Shown piece after piece: positions 39,001 to 49,196 of a stretch of 64,000 nucleotides of DNA (position 1 is the stretch's first letter; each line of letters begins with the position of its first letter). A program made the translations under genes and the position numbers. This DNA comes from Paraspadella gotoi. Its lineage: Eukaryota > Animalia > Chaetognatha. Location of the stretch: NCBI GenBank assembly GCA_051294375.1, contig CM119263.1:18872628-18936627 (forward strand), in the 5' to 3' direction. Below the pieces are notes generated by a model. It ran no database searches and was not told the DNA's origin. It saw only the letters and a program-made list of their open reading frames with translations.

Positions 39001-42000
39001 AAAATAATCTAATTGCACCTGAGGCTGCACTGGCGAAGTGCATCGCGAAAGCAGGCGAGGTCGCGTGAGAAGGAAGCGAGACCTGCTGCGTCGTGATCTC
39101 ATGCAGCTGCGAGGGAGAGGATCCATAGATATTCCCATTCAGGGAAAAGGGCAAGCCAGCAGCACCTACTTTATCAGAGAAACGGTAAGTAAGCGAGACC
39201 TTAAGTGAGACCTTAAAAGTCAATTATCGTGATTTATTACACGAACTAACCAAACATAGTGGGAGGCGAGGCGGAGGCAGCGGAGGAAGACGAAGGAGAG
39301 GATCCGTTTCCGAATGGAAGACCCAACGCGGCACCCATGCCCAGTTGTCCTCCGTTGAGGCCCCAGTTGCTGTCGTGACAGAGGGCAAAATCGGATTGGC
39401 GACGCTGACGACGTTGTTCAGGGGCCGACGCCGGGGACGCCGGGGACGGCGCCGCCGTTGACGCCGGGCACGGCGCCGCCGCTGACGCCGGCGCCACCGC
39501 AGGCGCCGTTGGAGGAATTCGGTTTAGGTAGAGCGCCTTTGGGTTGGGCCTCTTTGACCTGGGTGGCGGAAATATTAATATCGGTTTCATCTTCATAATA
39601 AAATTCAACAGGAAAAACGTTTGTTTGTTAAAAAAAAGAAGAAATAATTAGCGGGAGAAAAGTATAGAAACCTTGATTCAGACAAGATGTCACAAAAATT
39701 TTACAGCAAAGAATTTAACGGTGACTGAAACTAGGATGAAAAAAAAAACGAATGAATGAATAAGCAAAAACTTAATTCGAAAAAAAAAAATGACAGTGTG
39801 GCGGTATATTCACACCGCCTCACGTCCACCATCCTTCAGCCAATCCATTGGCTCAGAGGGGGAACACACCATCCACAAGTGTAGTGTTCCATCCACAGTC
39901 CTAAACGACTTCCTCTGCGTTGGCAAAGCGAGACCGTCCGAGGGTAACCGCGCCAGTGACTGGAGGCGTCACTGAGGGTCGGAAGCCCCAAAGCCAACAG
40001 TGAGATGCCCATCCCAATGGGCATCACAGGCAACCCGGCTGTTGCCTAACAGGACAAAAAATAATAGAACAATTTTTTAGATCTAATTTGATTTTGCTTT
40101 AAAGAGAAAAAAATAACGAAACAAATAATTAACATGCTAATCCAGTAAATGAAAATCACAAATGTCGGATTAGAAACCAAGCCAAGTGTGACGGCGTCGT
40201 CCGCAAAAACGAATTCGGGTCGTGGCGACCTGGGGCGTCGCGCAGATTCCTTCCCTTAACGACGCGTTTATGGATTTGACCCGAAAACGAGTTTGGCCCC
40301 ATCCGTCGGCGAGACGCCAAGGAGTGAAGCTCCTCGTTAAGACCTTCGACACCTCGACCTTACAACTGGCAATAATTCTCCGCCTCACTAGGCCAGATTT
40401 TTTTTTTAGGTTCCCTGTTCAGTCAGGTTTAACTTTTACGCCTCACAAAATGCGTAAAATATTTGCAAAAGCCTTTTTGACCCACACAAAGGGCGAAATT
40501 GCGCTTTTGACTGCTTTTCACTATGTTAAATAACAGTATTATAGTAAACATTTTTTAAAAGGCACCTCCATGACGCGGTCGTGCATAGTGTGGAATTTGA
40601 TGAGACAATCAGGTCGGCCAATTTTCCATCCTCAAAGGTGACGAAGCCGAAGCCACGATGGCGCCCAGTTTCCTTGTCCTGCATCAGCATCACGTGTTCA
40701 CGGCTCCGAACATGCCAAAGTAACGCAGCAAGTCCTGGAAGGAGTTAAAAAAGTATTTAGACTTCACTATTTTGAAAATGAAATAAAAATATGCATCTTT
40801 CACACGGGTTAGAGTCGAAAAAACTAAGTGAAGATCAAGTACCGACTGGCTGAGGCCTTTCACCTTTTTGTTACCAAATTTGGCTCAGTCATTGTATAAA
40901 GGAAAAAGGGTGACGATGAAGACGTGGGTGGAGAAGGGGCTAGAAACTGGCAAACGAGACGGCGCGCCGGGGAAAAAGGGGGCGCGGCGTCGTTCAATCT
41001 CGGTAATGAGCTGTTGCCACCTCGACAAGTGATCTCGCCGAAAGGCCTTAACTTTCTTCGCTCCAAACCACACTTCATTAACCGCATCAAAGCACGTTCT
41101 CTCGACCCTATAAAGCGCGCCAAGCTAAATAAAAATTACGCCTTACCCAACCGATATGCAGGGGTAATACATTTTACATTTGGAGCAGTGATTTTCACAA
41201 TGAGCGAAAAAAGTCGGTCCGTTAAGAAAAGTTGTGTACTTATTCAAGAATGCATTTAAGTATGGACAATTTTATAGAATACCTAAATTTTTAAAATGGA
41301 ACAAAGCAAACTCCTATAATTTCTATAAAAAAATTTCAGTGATTTTAAAAAAATAATTTTTAGGTTACCGTTACATATTTTTTATTATATAATGAATTTT
41401 TTTTATAATATTTATTAAATAATCTTTTAAATCGTTTCCTTAGATGCAGGACAGTAATAAACAATCTCCTATTTTTAGCTACAGCTTATATAAAGCAATA
41501 TTAGTTCTTTTTAAAATCATTGACTTACCTTGTTCATCTAATTTTTAAAATTGATTTATTAATAATTTATTAAATAAATAACCACCATTTTGTTTTGGCT
41601 TTAGGATTCAATCGCTCACAACTTAAAATAATGGAATTAAATATCAAAATAATTAGCATATTTTTATCTTTAGTTTCTTAATATATATATTTTTGTTTTT
41701 ATTAATGAACTTATTTATACAAAATGAAAATTTTAATATTTTTATATCAATTTAAAACAATTTTTATTAAAATTCATTATTAAATATAAAAAATAATATA
41801 AATATTAAAAAAGTGAAAAACTTATTTTAAAAAAGAATGTTTTGCAAAAAATAAATATTAAAAAATGAATTCGAAATCTAGTATCATAAAATGGTAAGAT
41901 ATTATCTTTGATATCGTTATCTCCAAAATAAGATTCAACACAGTTCCGTACTTCAATGAACGCTATTTCTTTCTTTTTTTAGAATGAAAACCCTCAATCG

Positions 42001-44055
42001 CAAAAAGTCTTTCATATTTGGTTTCCCATTAGTAGCCATAGCCTATGAAATTTAAATGCTAATGACATTAGTAATGTATACAGCATATAAACCTGGAAGT
42101 ATACTTAAAAATGTAGAAATTTTCCTTTGAGAATGTAGTCGCTCTAAATTTTTGACTCGCCCCATTGAGTGCGGCTACCCCTACCATTAGTTTCAATTCA
42201 TTATCATAACTTTTGTTATGATAGGTTTTAAAGTTTCAAAATGTTTTTAAATTATTAAATTTAAAATTTTTTTATATCCTTACCGAATCCATTTTACCCC
42301 AACATCCTAACTCCGAGTCAAGCATAAAAAACAAGGCGACGTTGAAAAGGAAATCAATGTTTTAAACAGGCGGGAAAAAGGGTGAGAGCATCGGGGAAAT
42401 GGGGCATCGCGTCCCGCCCACTTTGAGAGAGGAGAAAAGAATACAGCCGCTTCACGCTAGAGGAGATAAATATTAATTGGCTGGGAATCCTCGTCAGTCC
42501 CCGGAGCACGGCCGAAGCCCCATTGTTCTCTCATGGCTCTTTGACGCGCCAACGCAACATAGGTCCGCCCGCGACACCATCTACCATCATCCTTCAGCCA
42601 CCCATAGCCACACACACACACACCATAGCACCTGTTCGTTGGCCTGCGTGGGAATGCCCCCGACAAAGATCTTCTTTCCGCCCGCATTGAGAGGCACGTG
42701 CTCGGTGAGGTTTTGAGGAACGGCCAGTTTACAGTCGACAACCTTTTCATCGAGAAGGTGAGGACCCGCACGCATAACTCTGTAAAGACGTCGTGACGGA
42801 TTAAGCTAAAATTTGGTTAATCGTGTATATGTTTCTAAAAAATATTGACGAGAGAACAAGTTGGAAAAATATTTTGAGCGCGTGAGAGAGAGAGAGAGTC
42901 CAATTCCAAAATAGGGTTGTATGTCAAACGGATAAAAAGATAGATATCGACATAGGGGTGGCATGAAATCCGATGATCAAGCGGACTAGAAAAATGATAT
43001 ATACTAATGAATAAGATAAGATAAGATAAAACACGGTAATAATCACACATTGCAAAGCTTTTCAACCAAGTACAGAAAAATGTACTCGATAAAGTTAAAG
43101 GAGCATTTCTAAAACAATTAGAAAAACATAAATAAATAAATTACAATTCAATAATCAAAAGCAACGACAAACCGCAACAAACCTATCGATGGACTCTGGA
43201 TCGGAGAAGGTGACAAAACCGAAACCGCGTCCGCGATTAGTGACAGGGTCAATCTTGATAAAACATTCCTTCACTTCGCCGAATGTCGCAAAATAGTTGC
43301 GAAGATCCTCCGAAGATGTTAGTTGGCTTAAACCGCCGACGAAAATCTGGCAAAGTTTTAAAGAAATTGCTGATTGCAGCTCAATAATGGTAATCTTAAG
43401 CAAAGTACAGTACGTAAATGAAGCAAACCTTCCCGGTTCTCTTCAGCACCAAATCCCGAGTTTCTTTCTGCTGCCGGTTCATAGCAGAAGCCAGCGTCGA
43501 GGCAGTCGCTGGATTCATCCCGCCAGGCAGAGAGGGTCCAATAGTCCATGCTGGAGGAGCTTGGGGCGGGGGCGCGAGAGGACCCAAGGGTAAGAAAGAT
43601 GTAGTAATAGGAAGCGAAGGTTGCGCCAGAGTGTTTGACGTGAGAAGAGGCGCGCCAACAGCCGGAAGGCTAACCACAGCCGGGACCGCGGTGACCGGAA
43701 CAAGAGCGGTGGATTCGGCCACTAAAAAGAGAAAAGGAAATACAACATGTAAATCGGTGAGAAATTATCACAGATGCTTAATTCGTGTCAAAAACTAATA
43801 AATTGGGATAATTAATGCCTTTTTGGACCCAACCTGGCTCGTTTTTGACAGAGGCGACCGGCAGAGTTTTGAGATCGGCCCCTTCGACTGCGAGTACGCC
43901 ATTGATTCCATTGACGCCATTGAGTATGACAGCGCCGGAAGAGACAGGAGACGTGGCAGAAGACGTAATTACGGTGGAGCCGTTGGGGGTGGCAGCGATG
44001 GCGTCACCAGGGGACAAGGGCGCCCCCGCGAGAAAGGTCGGAGAAGCCACTGGAT
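35910..44055 (-). CDS. msi: Musashi-like two-RRM RNA-binding protein (Musashi/hnRNP A/B/DAZAP1 class); spliced gene, 9 coding exons found, 5' start unresolved
   Basis: Exons 44055-43834, 43721-43429, 43346-43183, 42779-42632, 40734-40566, 36992-36683, 36597-36451, 36315-36202 and 36037-35910 join through GT-AG introns with consistent phases. They give ~565 codons once two 1-nt deletions in the 40.6-kb exon are allowed. RRM1: GKIFVGGL...FGEVKEC...DPVTNRGRGFGFVTF. RRM2: KKIFVGGI...RHRGFGFVTFE...FH...MEVKEAQPK. From memory this is closest to Musashi (GEVKEC; RHRGFGFVTFE; FHEINNKMVECKKAQPK). Exact orthology needs a tree. Confidence 0.85.
36202..36315 (-). CDS. Musashi-like gene, exon AASASSRGAWPLNACPAPSNNVVGAGRYIPYPPRRPSP
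   Basis: Strong acceptor tttcttttcag|CC and donor CCG|GTGAGT. 114 nt, phase 1 to 1, open. Confidence 0.8.
36451..36597 (-). CDS. Musashi-like gene, C-terminal region exon (GAAGLPFSLNGNIYGSSPSQ...FASAAS)
   Basis: Acceptor aagtag|GT, donor CAG|GTGCAA. 147 nt, phase 1 to 1, open. Confidence 0.75.
36683..36992 (-). CDS. Musashi-like gene, RRM2 end plus Gly/Pro/Ser-rich region (VKEAQPKGALPKPNSSNG...SPPTMF)
   Basis: Acceptor cccag|GTC and donor TTTG|GTTAGT. KEAQPK matches the KKAQPK end of Musashi RRM2. Intact 310-nt frame. Confidence 0.85.
37231..37490 (-). ncRNA. Intronic structured element A (~260 nt, 8 or more helices); duplicate copy at 39791-40046
   Basis: GC-rich island in an AT-rich intron, almost fully tiled by inverted repeats. 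Non-Watson-Crick pairs are G-U on the minus strand. Family not recognised. Confidence 0.55.
37623..37836 (-). ncRNA. Intronic structured element B (~215 nt, closed by a 14-bp imperfect terminal stem); copies at ~38001-38210 and 40181-40393
   Basis: Terminal stem gcctagtgaggcgg/ccgtcacacttggc. Internal stems taaggtc/ggtctta, gaggag/ctcctt, ttcgggtc/gacccgaa and gcgtcg/cgacgc. Family not recognised. Confidence 0.5.
38481..39558 (-). other. Second, near-identical copy of the last four exons (39558-39251, 39165-39019, 38884-38771, 38608-38481); probable assembly duplicate
   Basis: Block ~38385-40545 repeats ~35810-37990, introns included. Differences are mostly 1-nt indels, two of which frameshift 39558-39251. 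The copies are separated by N gaps at 37991-38000 and 38339-38363. Confidence 0.8.
40566..40734 (-). CDS. msi: Musashi-like gene, RRM2 core exon (DLLRYFGMFGAV[E]HVMLMQDKETGRHRGFGFVTFEDGKLADLI[C]LIKFHTMHDRVME); two apparent 1-nt deletions
   Basis: Absent from the ORF track; read by hand. Acceptor ttccag|GAC, donor GAG|GTGCCT, RNP1 RGFGFVTF. The exon is 169 nt, and adding 2 nt restores 57 codons. Confidence 0.85.
42478..42631 (-). ncRNA. Intronic structured element C just downstream of a 5' splice site: (GU)n tract, terminal stem, cUUCGg tetraloop
   Basis: Closing stem tggctg/cagcca (42600-42595 with 42483-42478), ggcUUCGgcc at 42519-42510, and (GT)7-8 at 42623-42609. Confidence 0.4.
42632..42779 (-). 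CDS. msi: Musashi-like gene, end of RRM1, linker and RNP2 of RRM2 (VMRAGPHLLDEKVVDCKLAVP...GKKIFVGGIPTQANEQ)
   Basis: Acceptor ttacag|AG (phase 2), donor CAG|GTGCTA, and the second RNP2 motif IFVGGI. Confidence 0.9.
43183..43346 (-). CDS. msi: Musashi-like gene, RRM1 core exon (IFVGGLSQLTSSEDLRNYFATFGEVKECFIKIDPVTNRGRGFGFVTFSDPESIDR)
   Basis: RNP2 (IFVGGL) and RNP1 (RGFGFVTF) motifs. Acceptor ccag|ATT, donor TAG|GTTTGT. Confidence 0.92.
43429..43721 (-). CDS. Musashi-like gene, Pro/Ala-rich exon leading into RRM1 (...MNPATASTLASAMNRQQKETRDLVLKRTGK)
   Basis: Strong polypyrimidine acceptor tttttag|TGG and donor AAG|GTTTGC. Ends in GK, directly before IFVGGL of RNP2. Confidence 0.8.
43834..44055 (-). 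CDS. Musashi-like gene, N-terminal low-complexity exon (PVASPTFLAG...VKNEP)
   Basis: Acceptor ttttag|ATCC with a CTAAT branch-like motif ~15 nt upstream. Donor CAG|GTTGGG. Open 222-nt exon, phase 1 to 1, in frame with the next exon. Confidence 0.65.
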
Positions 44056-47000
44056 CTAAAACGGCGAAAAGATTAGCGAGAGAGTTGAACAAAAGGACAA
44101 TCTTAAGTCGCTACACTTTTATGGCTAAGCTATCAAAATAGAAAATTTGACACTGCTGACAAATAGGACATACGTTCAAGCCAATATTACTTAAACAGCG
44201 GGAACGAATACCATTCGGATCTAGTTACGACTGTTTCTGACTAACGCTAGTTAATATTACTAATTAACTAAATTCTATCTATATCTATATTACCGTGGAG
44301 CAACTTACAAATTTAAGACCCCAAGGGTAAGGCGGGGTTAAAAACAAATTTTGCAATCTAGATACAAAATCGAATATCCAGCCTAAAGAGAAAAAAGATC
44401 GCGAGAATGACGTCGTTGTTAATTGAGAAAGAGATCCTGAGTAGAGAATCCATTACTCATGGCATTAGTCGAAACGAACGTTTGAAATCACGTTCGAGCC
44501 CGTTGGACCCCACCTTTCAAAAAAAACCAAAAAAAAATGCCCACTAAACATTGTGCCCTCCACACCCACCCCCTACACCCCCCCCAAAAAAAACCGCTCG
44601 CCTAACTTCATATTACTACGCGAACCACCTAAAGGGGGGGAAAAATCCATTACCTCCTACCTCATCCCGCTTCCAAAGGTTCAGAGCGCAAAAGATTGAA
44701 ATTGAAAGAATTGAGGCCACATTTGTATTCAACGCGGCGCCTGGAAACCCTTTCGAGCCACATTACTCTCCGTTCGCGAGACAAACTCATCTCGAACGAA
44801 CGCGAGGGCTTTACGCTTACTCCACCAACTCTCTGCGACGGAGGGCGAGAAGGACGTTCTTTTCTTTACTGCCACAACCCTAACCATTAGAGTGGTGTGA
44901 AAATGATAAAATTTTAGAAACCTAAAATTTAACAAATAAAACATAAAAATAAAAACCAATAAAAATATTTTAATATATTTTATTTTATAAATTAATAAGC
45001 ACTAGTAAACTATATTTATATATAGTATTAAGTATATAATAAACTAAAATTTTAAATTATAAATTAAATTTTTAAATCAGATTTAAATTTTTTACATAAA
45101 ATTAATATAAAAAATATTTTTTTTATAATTTTTTTTATTAAATTAATTAAAAATATAAAAATTATATTTAAAACAATGATTTTTTATTTTTAATTTAAAA
45201 ATTAATTTTATAATTTTAATAACAATTTTTTTAAAAAAATTTATATTTTTTTATTAACTTTTAACAAAGAATCTGAATCTGTTTTCAAAATTTAAAAAAA
45301 ATATTTTAAAATTTTAACATTTAAAAATAATATTATAAACAAAATAAACTAAACTATTAAATTTATAAAAAAAAATAATTATAAATTAATATTTATTAAT
45401 ATAATAATTTTTAAAATATAACTGCTAAATTTTGATTCCAAACTTTCAGTTCACCCTACTAACCATGCACTCCGAAAACCTTTTTCCAGTTTTGGGTAGA
45501 GTTACATCCCCCAACGCCAAACCGTTTCGCCACCTCGGTAATTTAAAACTCACCCGATGGGTTGGAAATCGCTTGAGTAGCCATATTCTTCCCCGGGGAA
45601 GGCCTTGGGATGAGACGGCGACGATTTCGGCAAAACGCGATGAGATTTAATTTTTATTTATTATTTTGGGAATTTTCCAATTTGGGCTTTTACAAGTTTT
45701 GTCCACGGAGGAGAAAAAAATACCACGGTTTCGTAGGACGATAGTAAGAAAAATAAAGTTCGCTCAGCTGGAGAAATTATCTATCCGCTACAGCTGATTA
45801 CTACTTGTAAATTAACTGTGAGACCGAAAATTTGCGGAACAAAATCCGTGGACTGACCGCATGTAGGAAAAAAAGAATGCGAGGAAGAGAGAAAGAGATT
45901 CTGTTTTTGTCCAGTATCGCGTCTACCGTACCTTGTAGTTGTACTTCTGAGGAGTTAAACGACTCTCTGCCCGTTGACCGATCGGGGGATAAATCTCGTC
46001 GAGGCTTAAGGGGTGCAGGGGCGGCGGGTACGGCGTACGGACCATCGCCGCCCCCCCTTCGTACGCAGCCCCGTCAGGCGTCGGGTCGACGGCCGCGGCC
46101 GCAGATCGGGTTGCCGCCGGTCAGTCTTTCGGGCCTGGTCGTTGGGTCGAGTATCGAGGGGTGGGAGGAGGACTGGCACGTGATGAAGGGGTATAAAGAG
46201 GAAGAGGAAGAGGAGTGTTGCCCTTCGCATTTTTTCGCGGGTCATCCAGCTGTGAAACAATGCAGATTTTTGGCTTCTGAGAAATTGGGGAAAGAGGAGA
46301 TAGGAACGGGGGCGTAGGGATTTTTACACTGCTTACTACTTACCCCATCGAGGACCGGGCAATCCATGGAAGTTTACATAAACCTCTGGTCCAAGTTAAA
46401 GTAACATTTTCTAAATAAGTGAACGCCGTGAAAAAAATAGTCGTTTTCCCATTTACGATTGTATTTTCTCATTTGAACTTCTTAAGTCATCGGAAACGAT
46501 TTTCGTAGTTGCTTCAGATTATAAAAGCGACGCATGTCAGTGCATGTTCCCCGACAAACTTAATAGGATAACTACAGTTACGCGAGGAGAAGGAATGTCT
46601 TTTTTTTTGTTCCAACGTTTCGCCCTCATAGCATTGAACCCATATTTCGATTGGCCCTCATAAGTAGCCTTCGGGCTTCGACCTTCACATTTCGCAAAAG
46701 GAAACCGTTATTCCTACGGTTCCCTGCCTCAACGGCCAACGCCGATCTGTTTACCCTTCTCTCGCCTCATCCCTGCCCCTATCCTCCCCCCCCCCTTATT
46801 TTCTCTCCCCATCCTTGCATCTATCCTCCCCCTTTTCTCTCCCTATCCTTACCTCTCTCCTCCCCTCTTCTCCATTAGTCCAACGGTCCTTTTTCCTAGG
46901 GATTCTGATATTTCTTTTAATAAATGCCTGAAGATGACTCGAGGTCGTGGACCCAAGGGTCAAGGGAAGGAGGAAGAACCTCTTGAAAGTCTCAAAGGGA

Positions 47001-47122
47001 TCGGGGGCGCTAGAGGGCGAGGTGGATAAGAAAACGACGAGGCTGTTTCGGTCGATCAATCCTGCGCCCAACGGTTTTTATGACGTGGTCAAAAAGTCGA
47101 TCTCTGTTTCGAGTTTTTTTTT

Positions 47123-47158
<36 letters not shown>

Positions 47159-47159
<1 letters not shown>

Positions 47160-47290
47160 TTTTAGTTGCGCCGAGAGTACCCGGAAGCAACTCTATATGT
47201 CACTTTTCGGTCGGTCTATAGGTAGATCGGTCCGTCGGTCCATCGGTATATCTGTGCGTCGGTCTGTCCCACTTACGTTAAAAATGCATA
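47159..47290 (+). mobile_element. Short HINE-like element end (ttttagttgc...gcaactctata + GTCG/GTCC microsatellite); copy at ~53950-54080
   Basis: Same terminal hairpin, ctctata and tcggtc tract as the reverse complement of 51900-51970. Confidence 0.45.
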
Positions 47291-47478
47291 TAATTCGCCT
47301 ATAGGTGGTTGCTCATATGTTAAGACAGGAAAAAACCTCAAATCTAAGGTACTGCTAGCGCTGCCTTCAGGAAATCCTAAACTTTAAGGATTCAAAGACG
47401 AATTTCGATGCAGTGCATGTCATAAATACATGGGCTAAAAAATTTTTTTAGGTATGTCATATCATGGCATGTCATATA

Positions 47479-47742
47479 TGAAATTGGTACAACCAATATA
47501 AAAATTATCCATTCATTTAATAAATAAGCTATCTTGTCCCTGACTTTGGACAGGCTTTGGCGGTTTAAGGCCTCCATCACACTTACAAGATAATAACATA
47601 GCAGGTTTCTGCAAGCTTTCAATCAAGACTCTCACACAGTCTTATTTATTCACTCCCAGTGAACCTGGCTTCCCTATCAATGAAGTGGTATAATATTTCA
47701 AAGAATGTTTCAATTGTATGAAAAGACCACTCCCTTAAGTAG
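47479..47742 (+). mobile_element. ~265-bp segment flanked by TA runs, absent from the duplicate copy; its start recurs at ~19503-19590 and (short) at ~49348
   Basis: tatgaaattggtacaaccaat.taaaaattatccatt.attt..ataaataagctatcttg occurs at two unrelated loci. The empty site gtcatata|atataatatc is at ~54273-54290. Confidence 0.5.
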
Positions 47743-49035
47743 TATATATAATATATCCTTTCCCCTCTTGGCTTTTTCCCCACCACCCTCCCCAACCCCT
47801 GCCCCTTCCAATCTCGATTATGCGTAAAAAGTTACTTTTGGCAAGAGAGCGCTCTCTCACTCTCTCGCTCGCTCTTTCTCTTTGGCTAAGAAATTCGTCT
47901 CGCTTTCACGTGGCGCTTGTTAACGACGCCTCGATGTATCCGGAAATGACGATTCGCACTTTTGGCGAGCGGGGGCAAGCGTCTTCGATTTCAGGCAAAC
48001 GAATTCTTTCGCGTCGCCGTCTGTCCGAAAAAATTAGGCTATTAACTTGCGTGTGAGACTGATCTGGACCGCGTGTAAAAAGGCTCGGGCCAACGTGCAT
48101 CTAGTTGTGAATACGGAACAGTGAACACGTGAACAGTTAGTGATGATGAATTTGATTTCTGATTTTTGATTTTTGTGTTAATAATGATTTTTTTTTCATT
48201 TCTTTCTGTTTTACTTTTATATTCACGCTGCGGAAAACTAACAGGTAAGCTTATAATTTTAAATAACCTACAGACGCACGAACAAGTATCTAGTTAGTCT
48301 ATGCTATTTGAAAATCTCATTACAAAAACAGAGGCCTTTTAGTAAACGGGTTTTACTAGATGAGTAGGGAAAAGCCCGGCCGGCCGCTCGTTCGGCGATT
48401 GTTCCTTTTTGAAGCTCGGATGTCCTCTATGTGCTCCTTTCGTTCCCTTGCCCCGAGTTCCAGAAGGAAAACGAGAAACAAGGGAAAACAAACAGTGGAA
48501 CCAGAGGGACTAATTATGAATCGATCGTTGCTCCGCGCTACATTCAGAGAGAGAGTGAGAGAGAGAGAGTGAGTGAGAGAGAGAGAGAGCGAAAACGACT
48601 GAGCCAGAAAGGCAGAGAGCGAGAGACAGTGACAGGATCCCGTTTGTTTTTTCGCCTGATTGAAAATAGCCGATTCTTTTTTTTTTCTTCCGCTCGGGAT
48701 TTCATAATGCATAAATTGTGTCTGGTTCATTGTCCAACGACGCGAGGAAAAAAAGGGAAACTGGCGGGAGACCGGAAACGACGGCGTCGCGGTCGGCGTG
48801 ATAGGCGTCGTCGGCGTTGTCGGGAATTTTCCTTCTCACAGATCTCATTAAAACAGCTGGTGCGAGCGGAGAGTTGATGTTGTTGTTGTGGTTGCTGTTG
48901 TTGTTATTTTGTTTCTCATCACTGATGCTTCGATTACGCAAAGGAATGAAAGATAATTGATCAAATGTTATGTACCAACGTCGTTGGAATATAAAAAAAA
49001 CGCGGGATAATGGGATTACTTTAGAAGAGAGACAA

Positions 49036-49066
<31 letters not shown>

Positions 49067-49155
49067 AGAGAGAGAGAGAAGAAGAGGGAGAGAGAGAGAG
49101 AGAAGAGGAGAGAGAGAGACAAAAAGAAAAGAGAGAGCGAGCGAGCGAGCGAGCG

Positions 49156-49196
<41 letters not shown>

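Noticed and set aside
35810-40545. Real tandem duplication of 3' exons giving alternative C-termini
   Set aside because: The copies are near-identical across introns, differ mostly by 1-nt indels and abut N gaps. An assembly duplicate is far more likely.
42425-42600. U3 snoRNA (tctcctctagcgtgaagcggc resembles the box B region; AAGGAUGA resembles box C')
   Set aside because: No box A/A' 5' domain and no correctly ordered B-C-D boxes.
44876-44885. AACCCTAACC as a telomerase RNA template or telomeric seed
   Set aside because: It is a single 10-mer followed by ~90% AT DNA with no pseudoknot-capable sequence.
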